A DNA stretch of 61,374 nt from Bacteroidales bacterium (GTDB lineage: Bacteria; Bacteroidota; Bacteroidia; Bacteroidales; B18-G4), in assembly GCA_036351275.1 (NCBI GenBank), contig JAZBOU010000125.1, forward strand, positions 1-61,374, written 5' to 3'. Made by a program: the position numbers and the translations under genes. The first letter of the stretch is position 1. Each line of letters starts with the position of its first letter. The notes under the pieces were generated by a model. The model was given only the letters and a program-made list of their open reading frames with translations, was not told the DNA's origin and did no database searches. This document shows, piece by piece, positions 35,540-45,924 of the stretch.

Positions 35540-36922
35540 ATGTCAGAAGCTATAATGAAGTCATTAAGGGACTCCAAGGCTGCCCGCTGGGGAGCCCTTG
35601 CTGTGGTATCTTTCACCATGATGACAGGTTACTACATCAACTATGTGATCTCCCCCCTGAAACCTTTACTTATCGAGCACATGAGCTGGACCAGTACCGA
35701 TTTCGGACTCTGGAACGGGGCCTACGGTTTTTTCAACGTGTTCTTTCTCATGCTGATCTTTGCCGGCATCGTGCTGGACAAGATGGGAGTGCGCTTTACA
35801 GGGCTCGGAGCGAGTATTTTAATGATCATTGGTACTTTTCTTCAGTACCTGGCCATTTCAGAGATCATCCCTGCTGAAGGTATGATCATCGGGTTGAAGA
35901 CGCAGGTTGCCATCGGAGCCCTTGGTTTTGGAGTGTTCGGTGTCGGTGTTGAGGCTGCAGGAATTACAGTTTCGAAGATCATCGTAAAGTGGTTTAAAGG
36001 GAAAGAACTGGCGCTTGCAATGGGACTTGAGATGGCTACCGCCAGGCTTGGTACAGCCCTCGCCCTGGCAATTCCGCTTCCAATGGCCACCGTTTGGCTG
36101 GGTACACAGGAAATGCCAAATCTTCCGGCACCGGTAATGTTAGGCCTGGGATTGCTGGTCGCAGGTTTTGTGGCTTTTATCTGGTACACTTTCATGGACA
36201 GGAAGCTTGAGAAATCGGAAGGCATCAAAGACGAAATTACAGATGAGGATAAATTTAAGTTCAAAGACATTTTGTTCATTGTTCGGAATAAAGGCTTCTG
36301 GCTTATTGCACTCCTGTGTGTATTATTCTATTCAGGGGTATTCCCCTTCCTTTATTATGCAACTGACCTGATGATCAATAAATATGGTGTAAATGAAGAG
36401 TTTGCAGGACTTATTCCGAGCCTGTTGCCCATGGGAACCATTTTACTTACTCCGGTATTTGGAAGTATTTACGACCGGAGAGGAAAAGGAGCCACTATCA
36501 TGTTGCTTGGATCCATTATGCTGCTCATTGCCCATGTCACATTCTCCATCCCGGCGCTTACGAGCTATATCCTGGCCATCTTCCTCATCCTGTGGTTGGG
36601 TGTAACATTCTCACTCGTTCCGTCAGCAATGTGGCCCTCCGTACCTAAGATCATTCCTGAAAAACAGCTGGGAACAGCATATGCGCTTATTTTCTGGGTT
36701 CAGAACTGGGGACTGATGGGTGTGCCTTACCTTATTGGCTGGGTCCTTGATGAATATGGTCAGATACTGGATGCGAACGGGGAACTGATAGGATATAACT
36801 ATACTTACCCAATGATGATATTCGCTGCAACAGGATTTCTTGCCATTATCGTAGCATTGTTGTTAAAAGCAGAAGACAAGCGAAAAGGATATGGACTGGA
36901 ACTTCCAAATATTGAAAAATAA
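35540..36922 (+). CDS. MFS-type transporter
   Basis: 460 aa with about 12 hydrophobic helices and a charged central loop (MDRKLEKSEGIKDEITDEDKFK) between two six-helix halves. Confidence 0.65.
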   Translation: MSEAIMKSLRDSKAARWGALAVVSFTMMTGYYINYVISPLKPLLIEHMSWTSTDFGLWNGAYGFFNVFFLMLIFAGIVLDKMGVRFTGLGASILMIIGTFLQYLAISEIIPAEGMIIGLKTQVAIGALGFGVFGVGVEAAGITVSKIIVKWFKGKELALAMGLEMATARLGTALALAIPLPMATVWLGTQEMPNLPAPVMLGLGLLVAGFVAFIWYTFMDRKLEKSEGIKDEITDEDKFKFKDILFIVRNKGFWLIALLCVLFYSGVFPFLYYATDLMINKYGVNEEFAGLIPSLLPMGTILLTPVFGSIYDRRGKGATIMLLGSIMLLIAHVTFSIPALTSYILAIFLILWLGVTFSLVPSAMWPSVPKIIPEKQLGTAYALIFWVQNWGLMGVPYLIGWVLDEYGQILDANGELIGYNYTYPMMIFAATGFLAIIVALLLKAEDKRKGYGLELPNIEK

Positions 36923-36940
36923 CATTAAAAACAGATAGAA

Positions 36941-38401
36941 ATGAGTGAAGAGATCAGAAAACTGAAACCGGAAGCGCTCTGGGAAAACTTTTATCAACTG
37001 ACCCAGATACCAAGACCCTCCAAACATGAAGATGCCATACAGGCTTTCATGATGCAATGGGGCAAGGACCAGGGGCTGGAAACCAGAAAAGACGAGGTAG
37101 GCAATATTATTATCAAGAAACCTGCCACAGCGGGGATGGAAGACCGCAAGGGAGTGATCCTGCAGGCGCATCTCGATATGGTACCGCAGAAAAACAGCGG
37201 GACCGACCATAATTTCGAAACCGATCCCATTGATGCTTACATCGATGGCGACTGGGTGAAAGCCAGGGGCACCACACTCGGTGCTGACAACGGCATCGGA
37301 GCTGCTGCGGCTATGGCCGTATTGCAAAATACCGAAATGGCTCACGGCCCTGTTGAAGCCCTGTTCACCTCTGATGAGGAAACCGGCATGACCGGTGCCA
37401 ATGGACTCAAGCCCGGACTGCTGGATGGTGATATCCTTATAAATATGGATTCGGAAGATGAAGGCGAGCTGTATATCGGATGTGCCGGCGGTGTGGATAC
37501 CGTTGGTGTATTCAAATATACAGAAGAAGATGTTTTCAAAAGCGCCGTTGCTTTCAAAATAAGCATTACTGGACTGAAAGGCGGGCATTCCGGACTGGAT
37601 ATCCACCTCGGGCGCGGCAATGCCAACAAGATCATGAACGGCCTCCTCATGGAAGCATCAGATAAGTTTGGCCTGCGCCTGTCTTCTATCGAGGGCGGCA
37701 GCCTCAGGAACGCCATCCCGCGTGAATCTTTTGCCTTGGTGGCCGTGCCGGAAGAAAGCAAGGATGATTTTCTAGGCTTTGTTTCCGCCTATGCGGTTGC
37801 CCAGCAGGATGCGTTCAAAGATGCTGATCCGGGCCTGGAGATCATGGCAGAAACAACTGATGTGCCTGCATCCCTGATCGATGCAAAAACAACCGATGGC
37901 CTCTACCAGGCTGTGGAGAATTGCCCGAACGGCGTGATCGCTATGGACAAGAATATGCCTGATGTGGTTGAAACATCCACCAACCTTGCCGTTGTGAAAT
38001 CAAAAGACGGTAAGATCGAGATGGCCAGCCTTCAGCGCAGCGCCGTTGATGATGAAAAAACCAAAGTGGCAAAAGCCATTTACGATGTCTTTACTAAAGC
38101 TGGCGCGCAGGCTCAGCATATGGGAGATTACCCGGGGTGGAAACCCAACGTGGATTCACCGATCCTCAATGAAATGAAAGAGGTATACAACAACAAGTTT
38201 GGCAGAGTTCCTGAAGTGAAGGTGATCCATGCCGGACTTGAATGCGGGATCCTTGGAGCGGCATATCCCCACTGGGATATGATCTCTTTCGGTCCTACCA
38301 TCCGTAACCCTCACTCACCTGATGAAATGGTGAATGTCCCTACTGTGGCCATGTTTTGGGAATACCTGGTGGAGACCCTGAAAAATATTCCTGCAAAATA
38401 A
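36941..38401 (+). CDS. pepD: Aminoacyl-histidine dipeptidase (PepD, peptidase M20C)
   Basis: It has LKPEALWENFYQLTQIPRPSKHE, LQAHLDMVPQKN, TTLGADNGIG and SDEETGMTGA blocks. Confidence 0.88.
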   Translation: MSEEIRKLKPEALWENFYQLTQIPRPSKHEDAIQAFMMQWGKDQGLETRKDEVGNIIIKKPATAGMEDRKGVILQAHLDMVPQKNSGTDHNFETDPIDAYIDGDWVKARGTTLGADNGIGAAAAMAVLQNTEMAHGPVEALFTSDEETGMTGANGLKPGLLDGDILINMDSEDEGELYIGCAGGVDTVGVFKYTEEDVFKSAVAFKISITGLKGGHSGLDIHLGRGNANKIMNGLLMEASDKFGLRLSSIEGGSLRNAIPRESFALVAVPEESKDDFLGFVSAYAVAQQDAFKDADPGLEIMAETTDVPASLIDAKTTDGLYQAVENCPNGVIAMDKNMPDVVETSTNLAVVKSKDGKIEMASLQRSAVDDEKTKVAKAIYDVFTKAGAQAQHMGDYPGWKPNVDSPILNEMKEVYNNKFGRVPEVKVIHAGLECGILGAAYPHWDMISFGPTIRNPHSPDEMVNVPTVAMFWEYLVETLKNIPAK

Positions 38402-38424
38402 TTTGCCAGAAATAAAAAAAGCCC

Positions 38425-38432
38425 TATTTTTG
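38425..38432 (+). promoter_or_regulatory. -7 promoter box TAttTTTG
   Basis: TAnnTTTG match 22 nt upstream of the rpmH ATG. Confidence 0.5.
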
Positions 38433-38454
38433 CACTCCCAAAAACGAAGATAAA

Positions 38455-38604
38455 ATGAAAAGAACATTTCAACCATCGAACAGGAAGCGCAAAAACAAAC
38501 ACGGATTCAGGAAGAGGATGTCGTCTGTGAACGGACAAAAAGTGCTTAAAGCACGCAGGGCGAAAGGCCGTAAGCGACTAACTGTTTCTGATGAAATGAA
38601 ATAG
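38455..38604 (+). CDS. rpmH: 50S ribosomal protein L34
   Basis: It is absent from the ORF track because it is under 60 aa. My translation is [49 protein letters not shown], the classic L34 sequence. Confidence 0.95.
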   Translation: MKRTFQPSNRKRKNKHGFRKRMSSVNGQKVLKARRAKGRKRLTVSDEMK

Positions 38605-38613
38605 AACTTCCAA

Positions 38614-38642
38614 AACCTCGCTGAAAAGCGAGGTTTTTTTTT
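38614..38642 (+). terminator. Rho-independent terminator after rpmH
   Basis: AACCTCGC-tgaaaa-GCGAGGTT hairpin followed by a run of about 9 T. Confidence 0.8.
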
Positions 38643-38651
38643 ATAAACTAT

Positions 38652-40466
38652 ATGGAAATACGGAACATCGCAATCATTGCCCATGTTGATCATGGCAAGA
38701 CCACACTTGTTGACAGGATACTGCATCAGGTAAAACTTTTCAGGGAAAATCAGGCAGTGAATGACCTGATTTTAGATTCAAATGATCTGGAAAGAGAGAG
38801 AGGGATCACCATTCTTTCCAAAAATGTGTCGGTGCGTTATAAAGGAACGAAAATCAATATTATTGATACCCCGGGCCACTCAGATTTTGGCGGGGAAGTT
38901 GAGCGTGTGCTGAACATGGCCGACGGAGTGCTCCTGCTTGTTGATGCGTTCGAAGGCCCCATGCCGCAAACACGTTTTGTATTGCAAAAGGCACTTGAAA
39001 TGGGCCTGAAACCCATCGTGGTCATCAACAAGGTTGATAAACCCAATTGCAATCCTGAAGAAACCAACGATGATGTTTTTGACCTGATGTTCTCCCTCGA
39101 TGCTACTGAACAACAGCTCGACTTTCCCACAGTTTACGGCTCATCGAAACAGGGATGGATGGGACCCGACTGGAAAGAACCCGGCACTGATGTTGCCTAT
39201 TTACTCGATACAATACTTGAGCATGTTGAACCACCTGCGCATAATCCCGGGACATTGCAATTGCAGATCAGCTCCCTTGATTATTCGTCATATACCGGAA
39301 GGATCGCAGTAGGCAGGATACACCGTGGCACGATTAAAATGGGTGACCGGGTATCGATCGTACAGCGAAATGGGATCGTCAGTAAGTCGGTTGTAAAGGA
39401 ACTTTACCGTTTTGAAGGGCTGGGAAAGGAAAAAATAAAGACCGAGCTCACTTCAGGCGAGATCGTGGCCGTGATGGGATTGGAGAACTTCGATATTGGC
39501 GATACCATAGCCGATTACGATAATCCGGAGGCGCTAAAGCCCATTTCGGTAGATGAGCCAACCATGAGCATGCTCTTCACCATAAATAATTCACCTTTTT
39601 TCGGAAAAGAGGGTAAATATGTTACTTCAAGGCATGTCAGGGACCGGTTGATCAAAGAAACCGAGAAAAACCTTGCCCTGAAGGTGGAAGAAACCGATTC
39701 GCCGGATAAAATGCTTGTATACGGCAGGGGTATATTGCATCTGTCTATCCTGGTTGAAACCATGCGACGAGAAGGATACGAGTTCCAGCTCGGGCAACCC
39801 CAGGTTGTTATTAAAGAGGTAAACGGCTTCAAACATGAACCGGTAGAATTGCTCAATGTGAATGTTACGGAGGAGTTTTCAGGAAAGGTGATCGAGATCG
39901 TTACCAGGCGAAAAGGCGACATTATCAACATCCAGACTAAAAACGACAGGGTAAACCTGGAATTCAAGATCACCGCCAGGGGACTGATCGGCCTTGCCAA
40001 TCCTATCTTAACTGCCACCGAGGGCGAAGCGGTGATCTCACATCGGTTTAAGGCATTTGAACCCTGGAAAGGAGAGATCCAGAGCAGGAGAAATGGTGCC
40101 CTCATAGCAATGGAAACAGGTACGGCAATCGCATATTCAATAAACAAGTCGCAGGACAGGGGCAGGTTCTTTATCGACCCCAATGATAATATATACGCCG
40201 GACAGGTCATCGGGGAAAATACCAGATACGACGACCTGGTCATCAATGTGATCAAGACTAAGAAACTCACGAATATGCGTGCATCCGGTTCAGATGAAAA
40301 GATGAATATTGCCCCGGCAATTAAATTCTCGCTGGAAGAAGCCATGGAGTATATCGGAGATGATGAGTACCTGGAAGTTACACCCCGATCGATCCGCATC
40401 AGGAAGATCCTGTTATCCGAGCATGACAGGAAAAGGGAACGCAACCGCAAAACCACCCTTTTATAA
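38652..40466 (+). CDS. typA: Translational GTPase TypA/BipA
   Basis: It has [31 protein letters not shown] and NKVD G-motifs, in 604 aa. Confidence 0.95.
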   Translation: MEIRNIAIIAHVDHGKTTLVDRILHQVKLFRENQAVNDLILDSNDLERERGITILSKNVSVRYKGTKINIIDTPGHSDFGGEVERVLNMADGVLLLVDAFEGPMPQTRFVLQKALEMGLKPIVVINKVDKPNCNPEETNDDVFDLMFSLDATEQQLDFPTVYGSSKQGWMGPDWKEPGTDVAYLLDTILEHVEPPAHNPGTLQLQISSLDYSSYTGRIAVGRIHRGTIKMGDRVSIVQRNGIVSKSVVKELYRFEGLGKEKIKTELTSGEIVAVMGLENFDIGDTIADYDNPEALKPISVDEPTMSMLFTINNSPFFGKEGKYVTSRHVRDRLIKETEKNLALKVEETDSPDKMLVYGRGILHLSILVETMRREGYEFQLGQPQVVIKEVNGFKHEPVELLNVNVTEEFSGKVIEIVTRRKGDIINIQTKNDRVNLEFKITARGLIGLANPILTATEGEAVISHRFKAFEPWKGEIQSRRNGALIAMETGTAIAYSINKSQDRGRFFIDPNDNIYAGQVIGENTRYDDLVINVIKTKKLTNMRASGSDEKMNIAPAIKFSLEEAMEYIGDDEYLEVTPRSIRIRKILLSEHDRKRERNRKTTLL

Positions 40467-40538
40467 TATTTTAAGAAGCCCTTTCACCATAAATTAATAA
40501 TTTAGCAATCCGAATGAACTAGATTCGTTAATTGAACT

Positions 40539-40826
40539 ATGGAATCCTTTCTGAATTTTATCCTGATACTCATACTGATCTGGCTGCTGTTTTCCCTTTT
40601 CATCAGGTACGTTTTCCCGCGCCTGCTCTTATACTGGGTGAAGCGCAAACAGAAGAAAATGATGGAACAAATGGGATTAGATCCCGACGACCTGGATCAA
40701 AAGACGAAAAAAGCCAAAAAAGATAAAAAGGAAGGAGAAGTGAGCATCGATAAAAAACCGGATAAGGGTAAAAAAGGCTCCTCCGATAATGTGGGGGAGT
40801 ATGTTGACTTTGAAGAAATAGACTAA
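40539..40826 (+). CDS. Small membrane-anchored Lys-rich protein (DUF4834-like)
   Basis: It has one N-terminal TM helix, a KKxK-rich tail, and a C-terminal GEYVDFEEID typical of this Bacteroidota family. Confidence 0.6.
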   Translation: MESFLNFILILILIWLLFSLFIRYVFPRLLLYWVKRKQKKMMEQMGLDPDDLDQKTKKAKKDKKEGEVSIDKKPDKGKKGSSDNVGEYVDFEEID

Positions 40827-40830
40827 AATA

Positions 40831-40889
40831 GTGTTGAGTGTTGAGGGTTGGGTGTTGAGTTGCCTCACGCCCCAGGCCTCAAGCCCCAA
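40831..40889. repeat. Two adjacent heptamer arrays (GTGTTGA-like x5, then GCCTCAC/GCCCCAG/GCCTCAA/GCCCCAA)
   Basis: Direct reading. The track ORF start 40831 lies inside the repeat. Confidence 0.85.
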
Positions 40890-40899
40890 ACCCGATAAT

Positions 40900-43404
40900 A
40901 TGGAAAAAATAAACTTTAAAAAGCTCGTACCATACATCGTAGCAATCCTGGGATTCGTATTGATAACCTTGATCTATTTTTCCCCTGCCCTTGAAGGTAA
41001 AAAGTTAAAACAGGGCGATATCGACCGCTTCAAAGGAATGTCGAAGGAGATCACCGACCACAACAAGATGTATGACGACAATACCTTATGGACCAACAGC
41101 ATGTTCGGGGGTATGCCGGCTTATTTCATTTCGGTTCAATTTAACGGCAACTTATTCAAAAAGGTGAATAAATTATTGCAGCTTGGCTTGCCTCACCCCG
41201 CAAACCAGGTCTTTGTTTATTTCCTCGGCTTTTTTATCCTGTTGCTTGTATTGCGTGTCAAGCCCTGGATTGCAGCAATTGGGGCGGTCGCATTTGCTTT
41301 TTCCTCCTATTTCTTCATTATCATTGAGGCCGGCCACAATTCCAAGGCAGCCGCTGTGGCCTGGATGGCTCCCGTGGTGGCAGGCATTATCCTGACCTAC
41401 CGGGGGAAGTATATTGCAGGGGGGTTGCTAACCGCTTTTTTCCTTGCACTTGAAATTGCTGCCAACCATCTTCAGATAACGTATTATTTATTCATGATAG
41501 TCCTGGTGTATGGGATCTATGAAATGGTGGAGACCACACGGAACAGGACCTGGCCGCGCTTTCTCAAGGCAACCGGCATACTTGTCGTTGCAGCCCTGCT
41601 CGCAGTGGGCACCCACGCTACGAGTTTGCTCATATCATCCGACCATACCCAGTACACCACCAGGGGAAAATCGGAGCTTACCTTTAATGAAGAAAACAAG
41701 ACATCAGGACTCGACAGGGATTATGTCACGCAGTGGAGTTATGGCATAGCCGAGACCTGGACCTTGCTGGTCCCCGACCTCATGGGCGGTGCTTCTTATG
41801 GCAGTGTTGGCGAGAACTCGAACTTTTACGAGATGCTTGTTAATTACAGGGTTCCCAAGAATGATGCCAAAGCGATCAGCAGCCAGCTTCCGCTGTACTG
41901 GGGGACACAGCCCTTTACTTCAGGACCGGTTTATGTGGGCGCCCTGATCTTCTTCCTGTTCATATTTGGTTTGATCGTGGTTAGAGGAAAACTGAAATGG
42001 TGGTTGCTGACCATTACCATCATTTCAATACTGCTTGCCTGGGGCCATAACTTCATGTGGTTTACCGATCTTTTCCTCGATTATTTCCCGGGCTATAACA
42101 AGTTCAGAGCGGTTACCATGATCCTGGTCATTGCCGAGTTTTCCATACCCTTGCTGGCCATCCTTGGTCTGGCAAAAGTGTTTGAAAAGGAAAGGGATGA
42201 AAAACTCCTGATGAAAGGGCTCAAATATGCTGCGATTGCAGTAGGAAGTATACTAATACTTTTCCTCGCCATTCCCGGAGTATTGTTCGATGTGAACGGT
42301 GTGGGTGATATGGCCTACATCACCCGCATGGGTTACCCGGAAGAAATGCACCGGGAAGTGCTCAGTGCCCTCCAGGCCGACAGGATCCGCATATTACGCA
42401 TGGATGCATTCCGCTCCCTGATATTTGTTGTACTTGGTGGAGGACTGCTTTGGCTTTTCCTGAAAAATAAGCTGAAATCAGCCTATGTAATAGCCGGTCT
42501 GGCGCTGCTGGTTATCATCGATATGTGGCCGGTGAACAAACGCTACCTCAACGACGATAATTTTGTCCGTGCCAGGGTTGCCGAATTCCCTTATCAGCCC
42601 ACAGAGGCCGACAGGCAGATCCTGCAGGATAAAGAGGTGTATTACAGGGTGCTGAACATGACTGTCGATCCTTTCAGCGATGCCAGCACCTCTTATTTCC
42701 ATCGCTCGATCGGAGGCTATCATGGTGCAAAACTGAAGCGGTACCAGGAACTCATCGAATTCCAGATCAGTCCGGAAATGCAAAGCATAGTGAATGTATT
42801 GCGATCCAATGCAGATCCAACTGCCATAGGGCTAAGCCTGAAAAATACGCCCGTACTTAACATGCTGAATACTAAATACCTGATCATACAAACACAGGCA
42901 GGTCCCACCCCGGTATTGAATCCGTATGCCCTGGGAACATGCTGGTTTGTCCACAACTATGAGATCGTGGAGAATGCCGATGAAGAGATCGTAGCCGTTG
43001 GGGAGATCGATCCGGCAAACACACTTGTACTCGATAAACGCTTCAGCAAATTCGTGGAAGGCAAGGATTTTGATGACACAGCTGCTGCAAGTATCAGCCT
43101 GGTCGATTATAAAGCCAATCATATGACCTACGAGTCGAAGGCGTCCGCGGAACAGCTGGCCGTGTTCTCTGAGATCTATTACCCAGGCGGGTGGAATGTC
43201 TTTATCGACGGGGAACCAGCTGAACATTTCAGGGCAGACTGGATACTCAGGGCCATGGTCGTCCCGGCAGGGGAACACACCATTGAATTCAAATTCGAAC
43301 CAAAGATATACAGTACGGGAGAAGCTATTAGCTACGCAAGCAGCATATTGCTGCTGTTACTTGTACTGGGATATGCGGTAATAATGATACGGAAGAACAT
43401 TTAA
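40900..43404 (+). CDS. YfhO-family polytopic membrane protein (GT-C-like glycosyltransferase candidate)
   Basis: About 835 aa. It has many TM helices in the first ~550 aa plus a C-terminal extracytoplasmic domain and a final TM helix. I prefer the ATG at 40900 (MEKINFKKLVPYIVAILG). Confidence 0.6.
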   Translation: MEKINFKKLVPYIVAILGFVLITLIYFSPALEGKKLKQGDIDRFKGMSKEITDHNKMYDDNTLWTNSMFGGMPAYFISVQFNGNLFKKVNKLLQLGLPHPANQVFVYFLGFFILLLVLRVKPWIAAIGAVAFAFSSYFFIIIEAGHNSKAAAVAWMAPVVAGIILTYRGKYIAGGLLTAFFLALEIAANHLQITYYLFMIVLVYGIYEMVETTRNRTWPRFLKATGILVVAALLAVGTHATSLLISSDHTQYTTRGKSELTFNEENKTSGLDRDYVTQWSYGIAETWTLLVPDLMGGASYGSVGENSNFYEMLVNYRVPKNDAKAISSQLPLYWGTQPFTSGPVYVGALIFFLFIFGLIVVRGKLKWWLLTITIISILLAWGHNFMWFTDLFLDYFPGYNKFRAVTMILVIAEFSIPLLAILGLAKVFEKERDEKLLMKGLKYAAIAVGSILILFLAIPGVLFDVNGVGDMAYITRMGYPEEMHREVLSALQADRIRILRMDAFRSLIFVVLGGGLLWLFLKNKLKSAYVIAGLALLVIIDMWPVNKRYLNDDNFVRARVAEFPYQPTEADRQILQDKEVYYRVLNMTVDPFSDASTSYFHRSIGGYHGAKLKRYQELIEFQISPEMQSIVNVLRSNADPTAIGLSLKNTPVLNMLNTKYLIIQTQAGPTPVLNPYALGTCWFVHNYEIVENADEEIVAVGEIDPANTLVLDKRFSKFVEGKDFDDTAAASISLVDYKANHMTYESKASAEQLAVFSEIYYPGGWNVFIDGEPAEHFRADWILRAMVVPAGEHTIEFKFEPKIYSTGEAISYASSILLLLLVLGYAVIMIRKNI

Positions 43405-43455
43405 TCAGCGATCAATAGTCCCTGCTTACTCGTTTCCAGTTAATTAAGATAGAAA

Positions 43456-43504
43456 CCAGTAACGAGTAACGAGCAACGAGCAACCAGAAACCAGAAACCA
43501 GTAA
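43456..43504. repeat. Heptamer array CCAGTAA / CGAGTAA / CGAGCAA x2 / CCAGAAA x2 / CCAGTAA
   Basis: Direct reading of seven 7-nt units. An inverted partial copy (TTACTCGTT) at 43426..43434 can pair with AACGAGTAA. Confidence 0.9.
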
Positions 43505-43513
43505 CATTATCCC

Positions 43514-44827
43514 ATGAAACGGGCTCTCATACTGACATATTACTGGCCTCCCGCCGGGGGCCCGGGAGTACAACGCTGGCTGAAATTTACAAAATATCTG
43601 AGTGAATTTGGCTGGGAATCCGTTGTCCTGACTGTTCAGGACGGAACCTATTCGGCTATTGACAATGAGCTGGGGAAGGAAATCCCGCAGGATATTCCCG
43701 TGCATAAAACCAGAAGCAGGGATCCGTTCCGCTTCTATAACATGTTAAAGGGTAAAAAGGACGGTTCCGTTTCGGTAGCTTTGATAAACATCAATAAAAA
43801 GAGATCCCTGGTCGACAGGCTTGCAATGTACATCCGGTCCAATTGTTTTATCCCGGATGGGCGAAAGGGCTGGGTCCCTTTTGCCTACCGCGAAGCCCTG
43901 AACATCGTTAGGGATGAAACGGTCGACCTCATCGTGACTACCGGTCCGCCCCACAGCACGCACCTGGCAGGATTGAAACTCAAACGTAAAACAGGCATTA
44001 AGTGGCTTGCCGACCTGCGGGACCCATGGACAACAGTGTACTATAACGATATGTTGCCGCGTACTGCCAGGACCAGGCGGATCGACAAAAAATTCGAAGA
44101 TGATGTATTGGCAGCAGCCGACATGGTCACTGTAGTTAGCCCCGGCATGCAGAAGGAATTCAGCGACCGTAACCCGCGTGTGAAGGTGGTGATGAACGGC
44201 TTTGATATGGAAGATATGAGTAAGGGAGGAACGGAGTTGGGGAGTGAAGAAAAAAGAGTGTTTAGTTTGACATATACCGGGAATTTTAAGCCAAATCAGC
44301 ATGTGCCTGAGATATGGGACGGGATCATCGAATTGATAAAAGAATATCCCGGTTTTGCGAGAGACTTTAAACTGCGTTTCGTGGGGAATGTGGATGCTTC
44401 TGTTCCGGAATATTTTTCGGATCGGGACCTGGAGGATACGGTGGAACTGACTGGCTACGTATCGCATGCCGAGGTTACGAAGATCATGACAGGATCGACA
44501 GCCTTGCTTTTCGTGGTGCCCCAATCGAGAAACAACAAACTCATTATTACGGGTAAGTTGTTTGAATACATGGCATCCGGGAGCCCGGTGCTTTCTGTTG
44601 GGCCTGTGGATGGCGATGCATCGGCTATTTTGACTGATACGGGGAGAGAAGCCATGGTCAGTTATGCTGATAAACAGACATTCAAGGAGCAGTTATTCCA
44701 GTTATATCAAAGATGGAAGGAAGGGAATGGTGCCTTGCCTCAACTTGAGACCGGAATGCTCGAAAAATATTCCAGGAAGTCGTCAGCGGCGCTGATGGCT
44801 GAATACATGAAAGAAATAACATCATGA
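43514..44827 (+). CDS. GT-B glycosyltransferase (family 4-like)
   Basis: It has MKRALILTYYWPPAGGPG.. at the N-terminus and GKLFEYMASGSPVL in the C-terminal nucleotide-sugar-binding half. Confidence 0.7.
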   Translation: MKRALILTYYWPPAGGPGVQRWLKFTKYLSEFGWESVVLTVQDGTYSAIDNELGKEIPQDIPVHKTRSRDPFRFYNMLKGKKDGSVSVALININKKRSLVDRLAMYIRSNCFIPDGRKGWVPFAYREALNIVRDETVDLIVTTGPPHSTHLAGLKLKRKTGIKWLADLRDPWTTVYYNDMLPRTARTRRIDKKFEDDVLAAADMVTVVSPGMQKEFSDRNPRVKVVMNGFDMEDMSKGGTELGSEEKRVFSLTYTGNFKPNQHVPEIWDGIIELIKEYPGFARDFKLRFVGNVDASVPEYFSDRDLEDTVELTGYVSHAEVTKIMTGSTALLFVVPQSRNNKLIITGKLFEYMASGSPVLSVGPVDGDASAILTDTGREAMVSYADKQTFKEQLFQLYQRWKEGNGALPQLETGMLEKYSRKSSAALMAEYMKEITS

Positions 44828-45924
44828 AGATCGACCTGAATACATTTGAACGCACAAGCAGCTTTTATAAGCCCAAGGCGTTCCTGGTAACGGTGAAAAG
44901 CTTTGAAATGCAAAAGATCCGTGAGCGTTACCTCAAATCCCGGAAGCGAAAAGATGGCAGGGTTGGCAGCGTGGAGCGCCGGGAAACTGCAAAGGGTGGA
45001 CTGGTGTACGTGGAAATTGAAAAAGGGGTGATCACCCATTATGAGATATTGAGTTTCCTCCCGGAACCTCGCGGCATTGATGTCGCAGGTGACATGATCG
45101 CCGTATCGACTGAAAATGTTGTACACCTGGTAAAGGAAAACGCTGTGGAACGCATCGACGATCCCTGGTTCAGCTATATACATACGGTACAATTCAACCA
45201 TTGCCATGATGCAGACAGGCTGCTGGTGTCCTCGTCGGGTTTTGATTGCATCATCGAGTATGACCTCAATACTTATAAACGGAACTGGGAATGGTTTGCC
45301 TGGGAGCATGGATTCAATAAGGGTTTTAATCCCGAGACGCAAAAGGCGGTCGTCCTTACCCGCAGGAAAGAAGAAGCACGATTACTGAAGGCTGAAGGCA
45401 GAGACCATATCTTCATCAGTGATCCCTCAAAACAAACACTTCCAACGGCCATGCGTGCCGCATTCATCAATTCAGTAACCTACGATTGCCAAGCGCGGGA
45501 TAAGCTGCTTGCCACTTTTTTTCACGAGGGGGCAGTTTATCGTATAAACATGAACGACGGAAGCGCAGAACGCATTATCGATGGCATGAAGAGCCCCCAT
45601 GGCGGGAGGAATTTCGATGATATTTACATGGCGACCAGCACCGCTATGGGTGAGGTCGTTTTCAGCGATGGCAGGCGGATTTCGTTTTCCGGCCTTGCCG
45701 GAAAACCGGATGAACTGTCGGAACTGGAGTGGCTGCAAAATTCAGCACCGTTCAGCGACTGTATCATCACCATCGATGCCAACAGGAATAGTTTTGTCCT
45801 TATCGACATTGAGAACAAGCAATATGATATCATTCATGTCGACCCTGACTGGGCCATACAGGATATTGCTGAAGTAGGGGAAGAGAGTATGGCCCTCGTG
45901 AAAAAGATAAAGGAAATTTTATAG
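44824..45924 (+). CDS. Hypothetical protein (366 aa), possibly beta-propeller-like
   Basis: It is a long ORF with an ATGA overlap onto the GT4 stop. I recognise no motif and see no signal peptide. Confidence 0.5.
   Translation: MKIDLNTFERTSSFYKPKAFLVTVKSFEMQKIRERYLKSRKRKDGRVGSVERRETAKGGLVYVEIEKGVITHYEILSFLPEPRGIDVAGDMIAVSTENVVHLVKENAVERIDDPWFSYIHTVQFNHCHDADRLLVSSSGFDCIIEYDLNTYKRNWEWFAWEHGFNKGFNPETQKAVVLTRRKEEARLLKAEGRDHIFISDPSKQTLPTAMRAAFINSVTYDCQARDKLLATFFHEGAVYRINMNDGSAERIIDGMKSPHGGRNFDDIYMATSTAMGEVVFSDGRRISFSGLAGKPDELSELEWLQNSAPFSDCIITIDANRNSFVLIDIENKQYDIIHVDPDWAIQDIAEVGEESMALVKKIKEIL

Noticed and set aside
39515-40456. 313-aa minus-strand ORF antisense to typA. Similar long antisense ORFs lie at 36863..37606, 43745..44524, 12787..13443, 21767..22468, 47861..48436, 49186..49710, 56005..56529, 44740..45342, 26483..27037 and 60510..61166.
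   Set aside because: Each lies entirely inside a strongly supported gene on the other strand. Their composition is low-complexity, Ser/Arg/Pro-rich or Cys-rich, with no recognisable motif. They are shadow ORFs.
40831-40899. N-terminal extensions of maximal ORFs (40831 for yfhO-like, 55630 for the SDR, 1307 for the kinase, 30407 for the LRR protein, 55570 for DUF4783-like, 53277 for the flippase, 47636 for the SpsF-like gene, 5710 for kdsC, 34559 for the glucosaminidase).
   Set aside because: The extensions translate repeat arrays or promoter regions. They would also bury the signal peptide or Rossmann motif, which normally sits at the N-terminus. Internal ATG (or TTG) starts give canonical N-termini.
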